From assembly GCF_036323395.1 (NCBI RefSeq), contig NZ_AP028907.1, positions 1,440,001 through 1,472,000 on the forward strand: a stretch of DNA of 32,000 nt, in the 5' to 3' direction. The notes beneath the pieces were generated by a model that was not told where the DNA came from, ran no database searches, and saw only the letters and a list, made by a program, of their open reading frames with translations. Below, piece after piece: positions 15,566-22,457 of this stretch. The position numbers and the translations under genes were made by a program. The number at the start of each line of letters is the position of its first letter. Within the stretch, counting starts at the first letter, position 1. The DNA is from Pyrodictium abyssi (GTDB lineage Archaea; Thermoproteota; Thermoprotei_A; Sulfolobales; Pyrodictiaceae).

Positions 15566-15655
15566 ACCGTGGGTGATGATGTTACGCACTCATTGAGCCA
15601 CCCATCCCCGCGTGAGGCTATAGAGGCGATGAAATAGCCCACCTCACTGACACTC
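15566..15655 (+). ncRNA. Candidate box C/D sRNA with an unusually long D'-C' spacer
   Basis: C 'GTGATGA' 15573-79, D' 'TTGA' 15593-96 (13-nt spacer), C' 'GCGATGA' 15626-32, D 'CTGA' 15647-50 (14-nt spacer). TATA-like 'atataata' is at 15528-35. The D' guide 'GTTACGCACTCA' is complementary to 'TGAGTGCGTAAC', which resembles a conserved LSU rRNA segment (from memory). Confidence 0.45.
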
Positions 15656-16039
15656 GATACCACATTCATAGATTGCCTCGCCGCATGATACCTTGATTCT
15701 CATTACGCCCTCGTCGCCATACTCTATGTCTAGCTGCGCAGCTCCACAACCAGGCCTCTTAGCTATCAATATTGTGCCTAGTTCTTTATGCCTCTGCTCC
15801 TCGACTACTATATTGTCGAGCCCAAGCCCGCTATACACAGCATATAAATCCATGGCAATGAGCCGCAACGCGCGTGATAGGCTAGGCACAGCTTTCCTAC
15901 ACAGATTCAGCCCTATGGACTTGCAAGATAGTCTTACGATAGTCTCTACGGGCGAGTCATACGCGTCTATAACGCTTGCATTGCTGGTAGAGGCCGCACA
16001 GAGCTCGTTAGATACCTTTACGCTAGTTACCCGCACCAC
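15644..16039 (-). CDS. Hypothetical Cys-rich protein (131 aa), apparently co-transcribed with the radical-SAM gene
   Basis: It starts 12 nt after the radical-SAM stop. It has 7 Cys, three of them in the last 13 residues ('SCGEAIYECGIEC'). The overlapping plus ORF 15693..16067 is Ser/Leu/Thr-rich shadow. No family recognised. Confidence 0.55.
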   Translation of the reverse strand: MVRVTSVKVSNELCAASTSNASVIDAYDSPVETIVRLSCKSIGLNLCRKAVPSLSRALRLIAMDLYAVYSGLGLDNIVVEEQRHKELGTILIAKRPGCGAAQLDIEYGDEGVMRIKVSCGEAIYECGIECQ

Positions 16040-16051
16040 TACACCAACACC

Positions 16052-16825
16052 CTACCTTGGCTCGTAGTAAAATCTGGGCTTTAATCCTAGAAGCCGCAAT
16101 CTACGCTTTGCGGGCGGATAGAGCACTAGAGGCTCTACCTCTATATTCTCCAGTAAATCGGGTCCCGCAGCATCCACAAGTCTTTCAAGCAGCTGTGCCC
16201 AGCATGCCTCGTCTCCAAAGGCAGCAAATATCGCTACATGAAACGATACACCGTAGTCAGCCAGGTGCTTTACGGCACGGATAGGATATTCATAGAAGTC
16301 CGGACTAGCACCGGTCAGTTTTGTGAAGAGTTCGGGGCTACAAGCCTTTATCGATACACGTACATGCAGCCTACGGAACCCTGAAAGCACTCTGACGTAC
16401 TCACGCCTAGCCCCCATGAGTACACCATTAGTTTCAAGGATGAATGTATAGCTGCTATTCTGCTCAAAGAGTTCTATGAGCCTCCCGAGGTGGTTGAATC
16501 CTATCGTGGGCTCTCCTCCAGACAACCTTACGTACTTATAGCCCCTTGTTTTAGCTATACTGTCTAGTCTTCGATACGCCTCTTCTGGCGATACAAGGAA
16601 ACCTAGCCGCACATCGTCTCTAGGCCGCCCCGTCCAGCAGAATGCACAACGAAGATTACAACCTACAACGTCTCCTACCGCGCTTCCGCCGTAAAACCTG
16701 CTCCCCCTAAACCTATAGTATTTACGCCTACTACCAGACACAACCCTTTGCTCTATCATTTCAGCTAGCCTAACCGGGTCAAAACCCCTTATACGTGAGC
16801 CCTCGATCACCAGACCTACCTCCAT
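16052..16825 (-). CDS. Small radical-SAM enzyme
   Basis: Cluster motif 'GCNLRCAFCW' (CxxxCxxC) and SAM-binding 'RLSGGEPTI'. I prefer the ATG at 16825 (MEVGLVIEG...) over the track's GTG at 16906, because a 'tatata' box (16880-85) lies inside the extension. It lacks the QueE-type 'QGEG'/'CDT' features. Confidence 0.8.
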   Translation of the reverse strand: MEVGLVIEGSRIRGFDPVRLAEMIEQRVVSGSRRKYYRFRGSRFYGGSAVGDVVGCNLRCAFCWTGRPRDDVRLGFLVSPEEAYRRLDSIAKTRGYKYVRLSGGEPTIGFNHLGRLIELFEQNSSYTFILETNGVLMGARREYVRVLSGFRRLHVRVSIKACSPELFTKLTGASPDFYEYPIRAVKHLADYGVSFHVAIFAAFGDEACWAQLLERLVDAAGPDLLENIEVEPLVLYPPAKRRLRLLGLKPRFYYEPR

Positions 16826-16911
16826 CGCAGCATCGTATCTAGTAGCCTGCTTTCCCTCCTGTCGGGCACCAGCTACTCCTATATACCAGAGCCCTAGGCT
16901 ATTCACGCTGT

Positions 16912-17002
16912 CCGAAATGGATGAGTGAAAGAACCCCGGCTGAGCCTCCTGTAAAACCTATGCTTAGGGGAGGGATGAAGAGGTCCTATCCTTACTGACA
17001 CA
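16912..17002 (+). ncRNA. Weaker candidate box C/D-like sRNA; alternatively a minus-strand hairpin
   Basis: C-like 'TGGATGA' 16918-24, D' 'CTGA' 16940-43, C' 'GGGATGA' 16972-78, D 'CTGA' 16995-98. Spacers are 15/28/16 nt, which is non-canonical. 'tatata' at 16880-85 is ~35 nt upstream of the C box. Alternatively, 16972-81 pairs with 17006-15 as a 10-bp stem with two G-U pairs when read on the minus strand. Confidence 0.3.
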
Positions 17003-17029
17003 CAGCCCTCATCCCATAGTAGCAGCATT

Positions 17030-17947
17030 CTACTCCGCTTCGCCACTCTGTTCATAGAGTACTATGTTGAAGCTCTTCTCAGGGACATTAAATAGCTTGG
17101 ATAGCACTGTACAAGGAGCGGCAAAGAGGAACAGCACTGGCGCACGAGGAGGATTATTATGGAAATATAGTGTCTGGGCATCACCTTTTACCACTACCAG
17201 GGAAGCCTCGTTGAGCTGCTCGTATAGATGCTCGTTATCTTCCTTCGTTATTGTCGCGGCGTCGCTTCCTATGTCTATAACTTCTGCTAGTAGGTCAGCT
17301 ACCCCTGTTGCCTCGAGATCGCTAGCAGTTGCATAGTCTTCGTATCTCTCGCTACGAGCTATACCTATTACTCCTAGCCCTAGCTCGTCACGGAGAAGCC
17401 TTATCAATATAGCGTCATAAGGTAGCTCAAATACCGAGCCAAAGGCGTAATATACTATACCACCATCTCTTCGCATGTCATAGAGTCGATCTATGACCCG
17501 CTTAGAGTCGTCACGACCTACTTTCAGCGATGTGCCAAAGGCCGCTAGGTCCACAGCCGACGGGGGCTCAGCGAGAAGCCTGTCTAGCGTATTGAAGGGT
17601 CTATAGCCTGTAGCTAGGCTCGCTGCTCTCAGAGCACCAGCTATCCTTTCGTCCAGCGGCTTTCCGGCCAACGACTCCTCTATACTCTTTGCGCGCGAAA
17701 TAGCCTTGTTGAGGTTACGTCTTATGACTTCCTCGTAGAGGGACTTACGATCTAGTAGGGCCTTAAGTCTTCTAAAAGACACCGTGGCTAGCTCTGCAAC
17801 CTCTATGTCTGGGCCTATGTATAGATTAACAGCCTCAAGCAGTTTCCGGTATATAGCGAGCTTCCTGGTATAGTCTTCTTCATGCATCTCCAGCTCAACT
17901 GCCCTCTTTAGAAGCGCACATGCCACACAGTACGGCGTCACGCGCAA
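17030..17947 (-). CDS. DUF89 (ARMT1-like, damage-control phosphatase family) protein
   Basis: Family-typical N-terminus 'YCVACALLKRAVE' (C..C), 'VVVKGDAQTLY' (KG.AN-like) and 'VLFLFAAPC'. The position where I expect the metal-binding 'DN.G.E' reads 'AFGSVFE', so activity is uncertain. TTG start at 17947 (alternative GTG two codons in). Confidence 0.65.
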   Translation of the reverse strand: MRVTPYCVACALLKRAVELEMHEEDYTRKLAIYRKLLEAVNLYIGPDIEVAELATVSFRRLKALLDRKSLYEEVIRRNLNKAISRAKSIEESLAGKPLDERIAGALRAASLATGYRPFNTLDRLLAEPPSAVDLAAFGTSLKVGRDDSKRVIDRLYDMRRDGGIVYYAFGSVFELPYDAILIRLLRDELGLGVIGIARSERYEDYATASDLEATGVADLLAEVIDIGSDAATITKEDNEHLYEQLNEASLVVVKGDAQTLYFHNNPPRAPVLFLFAAPCTVLSKLFNVPEKSFNIVLYEQSGEAE

Positions 17948-18126
17948 GCATTACACCTGCACTCGGCTCGCTGACTAGCCCGAATGCAGCCCTATACACG
18001 GCAGGCAAGGCGCGTATGGGCACATACTGCCCGGCATCCCGGGTCGATGCATCTGCCAGTTTCTACTACAACTCTTACACTGTCTCCTAAGATTGATTTC
18101 GCTCAAGAAGTCTAGGCGGATTTGTT

Positions 18127-18131
18127 AAAAA
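18127..18131 (-). terminator. Oligo-T (T5 on the minus strand) after ppa
   Basis: Plus-strand 'aaaaa' lies 11-15 nt beyond the ppa stop codon. Confidence 0.4.
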
Positions 18132-18141
18132 GAGTCTAATG

Positions 18142-18684
18142 TCAGCCCTTTTTAGACTTGTAGCGTTCAATGGCGTCTTTTATCCTGCGCTTGGCCTCTT
18201 CTGGGCCCAGCCACTCGCGCACCTTGACCCACTTGCCTGGCTCAAGCTCCTTGTAGTGCTCGAAGAAGTGTTTGATACGCTCGCGAACGACCTCTGGGAG
18301 GTCATCTATGCTCTTAATATTCTTGAAGCTGGGGTCTAGCTTGTCTTTCGGTACTGCTACAATCTTGCTATCAGGGCCTTCTTCGTCCTCCGTCACCAGC
18401 ACCCCTATTGGCCGCGCCTCAATCACAGTGCCTGGCAGAACAGGCTGCGCCGTTATGACGAGAACATCTACGGGGTCGCCATCCTCCTCTAGTGTCCCCG
18501 GTATGAACCCGTAGTTGAACGGGTAAACCATGGCAGTGTAGAGGAACCTATCAACCTTTATGATGCCGGCCTCAGCGTCGTACTCGTACTTTACATTACT
18601 GCCCATGGGTATCTCTATGAATACGTTGACTACGTCGGGAGCCTTCTCGCCAGGCCCTAGCCTTTCATGTATATTTGCCATCAC
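18142..18684 (-). CDS. ppa: Inorganic pyrophosphatase
   Basis: '[17 protein letters not shown]', '[23 protein letters not shown]'. The likely start is the ATG at 18681, one codon inside the track's GTG. Confidence 0.95.
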   Translation of the reverse strand: MMANIHERLGPGEKAPDVVNVFIEIPMGSNVKYEYDAEAGIIKVDRFLYTAMVYPFNYGFIPGTLEEDGDPVDVLVITAQPVLPGTVIEARPIGVLVTEDEEGPDSKIVAVPKDKLDPSFKNIKSIDDLPEVVRERIKHFFEHYKELEPGKWVKVREWLGPEEAKRRIKDAIERYKSKKG

Positions 18685-18885
18685 AAGCTCACCATGTTTT
18701 CTAACTTCTGTCAGCTTGTACGGGTATTAAGCTGTTACATAGACTTTCAGGCCTATAGGCTTCATTCATACTTTTAGAGGAAGCCCGAGTAGCCATTGCT
18801 ATTCACGACAGCCGTCTATAATAGTCTGGAGCAGCCTCTTAAGACCGTCTATCCTACGGCCTGGACCCATGGATGGGGATAACAG

Positions 18886-19455
18886 ATGAGGATAGATAAG
18901 GAGAAGATAGAGCAGGCGGTGCGCCTCATACTAGAAGCGATCGGGGAGAATCCGGAGAGAGAAGGCCTCAAGGATACTCCGCGCCGTGTAGCCGAGATGT
19001 TCGAGGAAATTCTCTCGGGCTACAAGGATAATGAAGAGTATACGTGGTTTACGGAGACCAGTGACCTAGTAGTAGTCTCGGGTATAAGGTTCTATAGTCT
19101 CTGTGAGCACCACATACTACCGTTCTTTGGTGTAGCCCACGTAGCGTATCTGCCGAGGGGCCGTGTCATAGGTCTTTCAAAGGTCGTCCGTATAGTGAAC
19201 AAGTATGCTAGGAGGCTGCAGATACAGGAGCGCATGACACAGCAGATAGCCGAGGAGGTTTCCAGAGCCACCGGTTCTCCGGACGTAATGGTCGTTACCG
19301 AGGCTGTACACCTGTGCATGGCTATGCGCGGCGTGCGGACTCCAGCACCTACAGTTGTCGCTGCCGTACGTGGAGCCTTCGCCACGCGGAGCAGCCTTAA
19401 AGACGAGGTCTACCGGATAATAGAGCCTCATAGGTTTAAGGGGTTCCCGCTCTGA
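18886..19455 (+). CDS. folE: GTP cyclohydrolase I (FolE type)
   Basis: '[14 protein letters not shown]', '[19 protein letters not shown]', 'RLQIQERMT'. The 3' end overlaps the convergent SPOUT gene by 20 nt. Confidence 0.9.
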   Translation: MRIDKEKIEQAVRLILEAIGENPEREGLKDTPRRVAEMFEEILSGYKDNEEYTWFTETSDLVVVSGIRFYSLCEHHILPFFGVAHVAYLPRGRVIGLSKVVRIVNKYARRLQIQERMTQQIAEEVSRATGSPDVMVVTEAVHLCMAMRGVRTPAPTVVAAVRGAFATRSSLKDEVYRIIEPHRFKGFPL

Positions 19456-19891
19456 AGCGGCGCACGACCTCGTAGAGAGCCATGGCCAGCGATGCAGCCA
19501 CATTGTAGCTCATACCCTGCACCGCTGTGGGGATTTTTGCTACAACTATTGGCTTTTCTAACGAGTCCAGTACGTGCCGGGGCACGCCGTAGTCTTCTGC
19601 CCCGATGATTACTGCTACTTTATCTCCATCAATCTCTATTTCATGTAAGTACCTGTCGCCATAGGTTTCTAGCACTGTGTATACTGCATCACCTATACTG
19701 TTTACAGCCTCAGCCATACTCTGGACTATTTTTAGTCGTGTACGTGCCCTATACTGTAGCATCTCAAGTTTATAGTCTACGCCTGGCCGCGGTATCACGT
19801 AGAGATTTGCGCGGAGAGAAGCGGCTAGAGCTGCGACATCGTGTAGATTCTGGGGGTTCTTAGGATGGTAGAATACAACATTAATCTCCAT
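19436..19891 (-). CDS. SPOUT (SpoU/TrmH-like) RNA 2'-O-methyltransferase, minimal 151-aa form
   Basis: Motif 1-like '[18 protein letters not shown]', motif 2 '[13 protein letters not shown]', knot motif 3 '[23 protein letters not shown]'. Confidence 0.75.
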   Translation of the reverse strand: MEINVVFYHPKNPQNLHDVAALAASLRANLYVIPRPGVDYKLEMLQYRARTRLKIVQSMAEAVNSIGDAVYTVLETYGDRYLHEIEIDGDKVAVIIGAEDYGVPRHVLDSLEKPIVVAKIPTAVQGMSYNVAASLAMALYEVVRRFRAGTP

Positions 19892-20719
19892 GTGGTAGTC
19901 ACCACCCCTCCATCGCTGTTCGACGCGGCCGTGCTTGCACGTACACTATACACAGCCCTAGGGACCCGGGGCTGGAGGCTCACCATTATAGGTATGGGTA
20001 GGAAGCTGCCTATGAAGCTGATAAGCGAGTCACGGCTACCGGTAAGCGTCGCCAAGGCTAACATATCAACGGAGCTTGATTCGGAGCCCGCCGGGCCAGT
20101 GTACATAGTTGACAGTAGGGGCGAGCCAGCGTGGAGACTCGACCCCCCTAGGACTATAATAATCGACTATGGTGGCGCCTTCGCGTCGGGGTTCCATGAT
20201 GCCAGGAGGGTGAGGGGGCTTGGCGTACCCAGCCTAACCTATGAAGCCATTACCCTGATCTACGAGTTCTTTATCAGGAGGAGTAGCTGGAGGCCTGACT
20301 ACAGCAAAGCGTTCTCAAGGGATGTACGGAGCGGCCTATATCTGGCCAGAAAGATTCTTGAAGCCATACAAGTCTTCGATAATTATGTCGTGCTGGAGCC
20401 TAGCGTGGTAGCGTTCACGATTCGCCGAGTCTATATGAACAAGGGACTGGCTGTGGACCCGATAAAGGCTGATGTAGAGATAGACGTGGTTGAGGGTAAG
20501 GTGCACCAGCGCATAGTTCTCAAGGCTTACTCTATGCGCGGCCTACGCGATGCCGGGGATATAGAGGTTGTATTCGACGGCGAAACCGTAGAGATACATG
20601 ACAGGGACGGCCTAGCTTATCGCATTGTTATAGACGCGTATAGGCGTATTGCGTGTAGCGCGCCCAGCCTATGTACAGGCAGGGAAGAAGAGAGCCTCAC
20701 AATCCCGACACTCGGCTAG
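19865..20719 (+). CDS. Degenerate SPOUT-like paralog with a ~130-aa beta-rich C-terminal extension
   Basis: The N-terminal ~150 aa align by eye to the divergent neighbour: '[23 protein letters not shown]' with '[24 protein letters not shown]'; 'TIIIDYGGAF' with '[12 protein letters not shown]'; 'LTYEAITLIYEFFIRR' with '[19 protein letters not shown]'. The start is ATG 19865 or GTG 19892. Confidence 0.5.
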   Translation: MVEYNINLHVVVTTPPSLFDAAVLARTLYTALGTRGWRLTIIGMGRKLPMKLISESRLPVSVAKANISTELDSEPAGPVYIVDSRGEPAWRLDPPRTIIIDYGGAFASGFHDARRVRGLGVPSLTYEAITLIYEFFIRRSSWRPDYSKAFSRDVRSGLYLARKILEAIQVFDNYVVLEPSVVAFTIRRVYMNKGLAVDPIKADVEIDVVEGKVHQRIVLKAYSMRGLRDAGDIEVVFDGETVEIHDRDGLAYRIVIDAYRRIACSAPSLCTGREEESLTIPTLG

Positions 20720-20781
20720 GAACCTCCTAAGAGTATCGCGAAACGAGTAGAGCACCTTTGTCGCAACTATGGCTTCTACGC

Positions 20782-21012
20782 CTATTCTGCTAGCTGGTCT
20801 ATTATTCCAGCTTGTCTTAGCGTTTCTAGAGTCTCGCGTAGACTCTCACGGATCAATGCACCGATTACTCTACACGCTGTTATATACGGCGCTTCTACAC
20901 CAACGTCCAGCAGTATGCTCTTGATGATCCTTAAAGTGGCTCTATCTAAGCCCACACATAGGGGCGACGGCTGCGCAGGCACAACTACGACTAAGGGCTG
21001 CCCCTTGAGCAT
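20782..21012 (-). CDS. Hypothetical small protein (76 aa); possibly the remnant of a longer gene
   Basis: ATG at 21012. The reading frame stays open for 41 more codons upstream (to the TAG at 21138-21136) with protein-like sequence but no ATG/GTG/TTG. Confidence 0.35.
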   Translation of the reverse strand: MLKGQPLVVVVPAQPSPLCVGLDRATLRIIKSILLDVGVEAPYITACRVIGALIRESLRETLETLRQAGIIDQLAE

Positions 21013-21350
21013 GAAAGCTAGTACGAAGCACTTGTCTCCTCTACATTCTGCTCTGTATATAGCTGCTGCTTGAGGTACGTCGTCCCCTTCATCCTTCCTT
21101 CGCCATATTATGGGGGCCGTTTCCGCGCCACCCCTCTATGACGCTTCGCCCAGCGAGCCCGCTTAAGGATAGGCTATTAGGGCTACTCGACTCAGCTCCC
21201 TAACCCCTGGGTAGTAATGCCCTAATGGACATCTAGTATGGGCGTCCAAACTGTGCATGGGCCGGTGAGCGGCTCACGCAGAACTGACCCGGATGCGTGA
21301 TGACGCTCGGGCATAGGCGAGGCCCACACCGCATAGAAGGGGTGCCACGC

Positions 21351-21620
21351 ATGCCTACGAGATGGCTTACCACTGAGACCCTAGTTAAGCTTGTAAAGAG
21401 GCTTCGAGAACGCTGGCCTGGAGCCGAGGTTGAGAAGATAGTTCAGAAGAGGAACAAGCAGATCCTCTACATAAGAATCGAGGGGAGAATGGTTAAGCTA
21501 ATAGTGTACCGTGATGGAAGGGTAAGAGCCTTTGGGGAGCCTGAGGGCGTTGCCTTGGCGCTAAGAAACATTGCCGAAAGGGTGCTAGGTGTTGGAGAGC
21601 ATAGAGCCTCGGAGGGCTAG
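21351..21620 (+). CDS. Small hypothetical protein (~89 aa)
   Basis: Internal ATG of track ORF 21297..21620: MPTRWLTTETLVKLVKRLRERW...MVKLIVYRDGRVRAFGEPEG. The 'hhhY..G.h..hG' pattern is reminiscent of TBP-like/RNase HIII N-terminal domains, but this is only an impression. Confidence 0.45.
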   Translation: MPTRWLTTETLVKLVKRLRERWPGAEVEKIVQKRNKQILYIRIEGRMVKLIVYRDGRVRAFGEPEGVALALRNIAERVLGVGEHRASEG

Positions 21621-21651
21621 GGAGACACAGAGACAGAGAATAGACGCCGCT

Positions 21652-22338
21652 ATGGAGGCTCTCTCTAAGCTCCTACGCGACGAGGTATCCGACCGTAGGA
21701 AGGCTGTTAAACTCCTTGAGGAAGTCTACAAGGGCAAGGCTATCCAGCCTCTAAGGGGTAAGGCTTGGCCGGAGGATATCTGGGACAAAGAAATGGCAAC
21801 ACTCTACGTGATAGCGAAGTACGCACTGGTTCTTGACGAGGAGAATCCTGACTTCTTCCACAAGCTCTTCAACTACGAGGAGACGCTAGAAGAGACTGCT
21901 AACATTGTTAGAGAGCGCCCGGTCGAGGAGGCACGCAAGCTCGCGTTGTTCATGCTCGGCGGGAATATAGATGATAATACTGTCGCAAGACTGTTGAGAG
22001 TGATTACCACCGCTGTAGTCATGGGGTTTAAAGGCGAGAACGAGCTAATAGAACTGCTACGTAAGCTGGGCAAGGTGTTCCCAGAGCAAGAGCGCACTGT
22101 TAGAAAGTATGCACGCTACTTTATAGCGCTGAGAGTCGCCCAGGCAATAGCTGCAGGGCTTATACGCTCACGCATAGATAAGGAGGCGTTCAAGCAGGCC
22201 CTCGCAGCAAAGATAGGCCTTGAGAAGATAATGCCGGACGACGAGTACATCGCGTTCATAGCCTCTACTGTCTTTGAGGTTCCTCGTAAAAGGCTTCAGA
22301 GGATCCTAAGCATAGGGGAGGAAAGGAAACGCAAGTAA
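21652..22338 (+). CDS. Conserved-looking helical hypothetical protein (~228 aa)
   Basis: ATG at 21652 (the track's GTG 21589 would overlap the upstream ORF). All-helical composition with a basic C-terminal tail. I suspect an archaea-specific DUF but cannot name it reliably. Confidence 0.6.
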   Translation: MEALSKLLRDEVSDRRKAVKLLEEVYKGKAIQPLRGKAWPEDIWDKEMATLYVIAKYALVLDEENPDFFHKLFNYEETLEETANIVRERPVEEARKLALFMLGGNIDDNTVARLLRVITTAVVMGFKGENELIELLRKLGKVFPEQERTVRKYARYFIALRVAQAIAAGLIRSRIDKEAFKQALAAKIGLEKIMPDDEYIAFIASTVFEVPRKRLQRILSIGEERKRK

Positions 22339-22370
22339 GAGCCCATCAGCCGCGGGTTCATAGCCCATCG

Positions 22371-22387
22371 CCCCGGGGGTCCCGGGG
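22371..22387. repeat. GC hairpin CCCCGGG-ggt-CCCGGGG between convergent genes
   Basis: Exact 7-bp inverted repeat with a 3-nt loop. 'AGCCCATC' also occurs twice just upstream (22340-47, 22362-69). Confidence 0.5.
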
Positions 22388-22457
22388 CTAGCCCCTTGTA
22401 AGCCTCATCACGTAACCACAGTGCTGCCAAGTGTACTGCGCTATTATCTCGCGTAGC

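Noticed and set aside
16826-16906. 27-codon N-terminal extension of the radical-SAM ORF (GTG at 16906)
   Set aside because: It contains the 'tatata' box (16880-85) and reads 'MNSLGLWYIGVAGARQEGKQ', which is unlike the rest of the protein. The ATG at 16825 gives a sensible N-terminus. It cannot be excluded without TSS data.
13500-19455. Lower G+C (about 43-50% in lines I hand-counted; one DUF89 line 37%) compared with mostly 53-63% in nrdJ, KaiC-like, MutS-like, aminotransferase and valS; possible horizontally acquired island
   Set aside because: The dip also covers ppa and folE, which are plain housekeeping genes, and gdhA/mvk are intermediate. There are no integrase, tRNA or direct-repeat boundaries. 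The sampling was by eye on a few 60-nt lines, so it is not evidence of an island.
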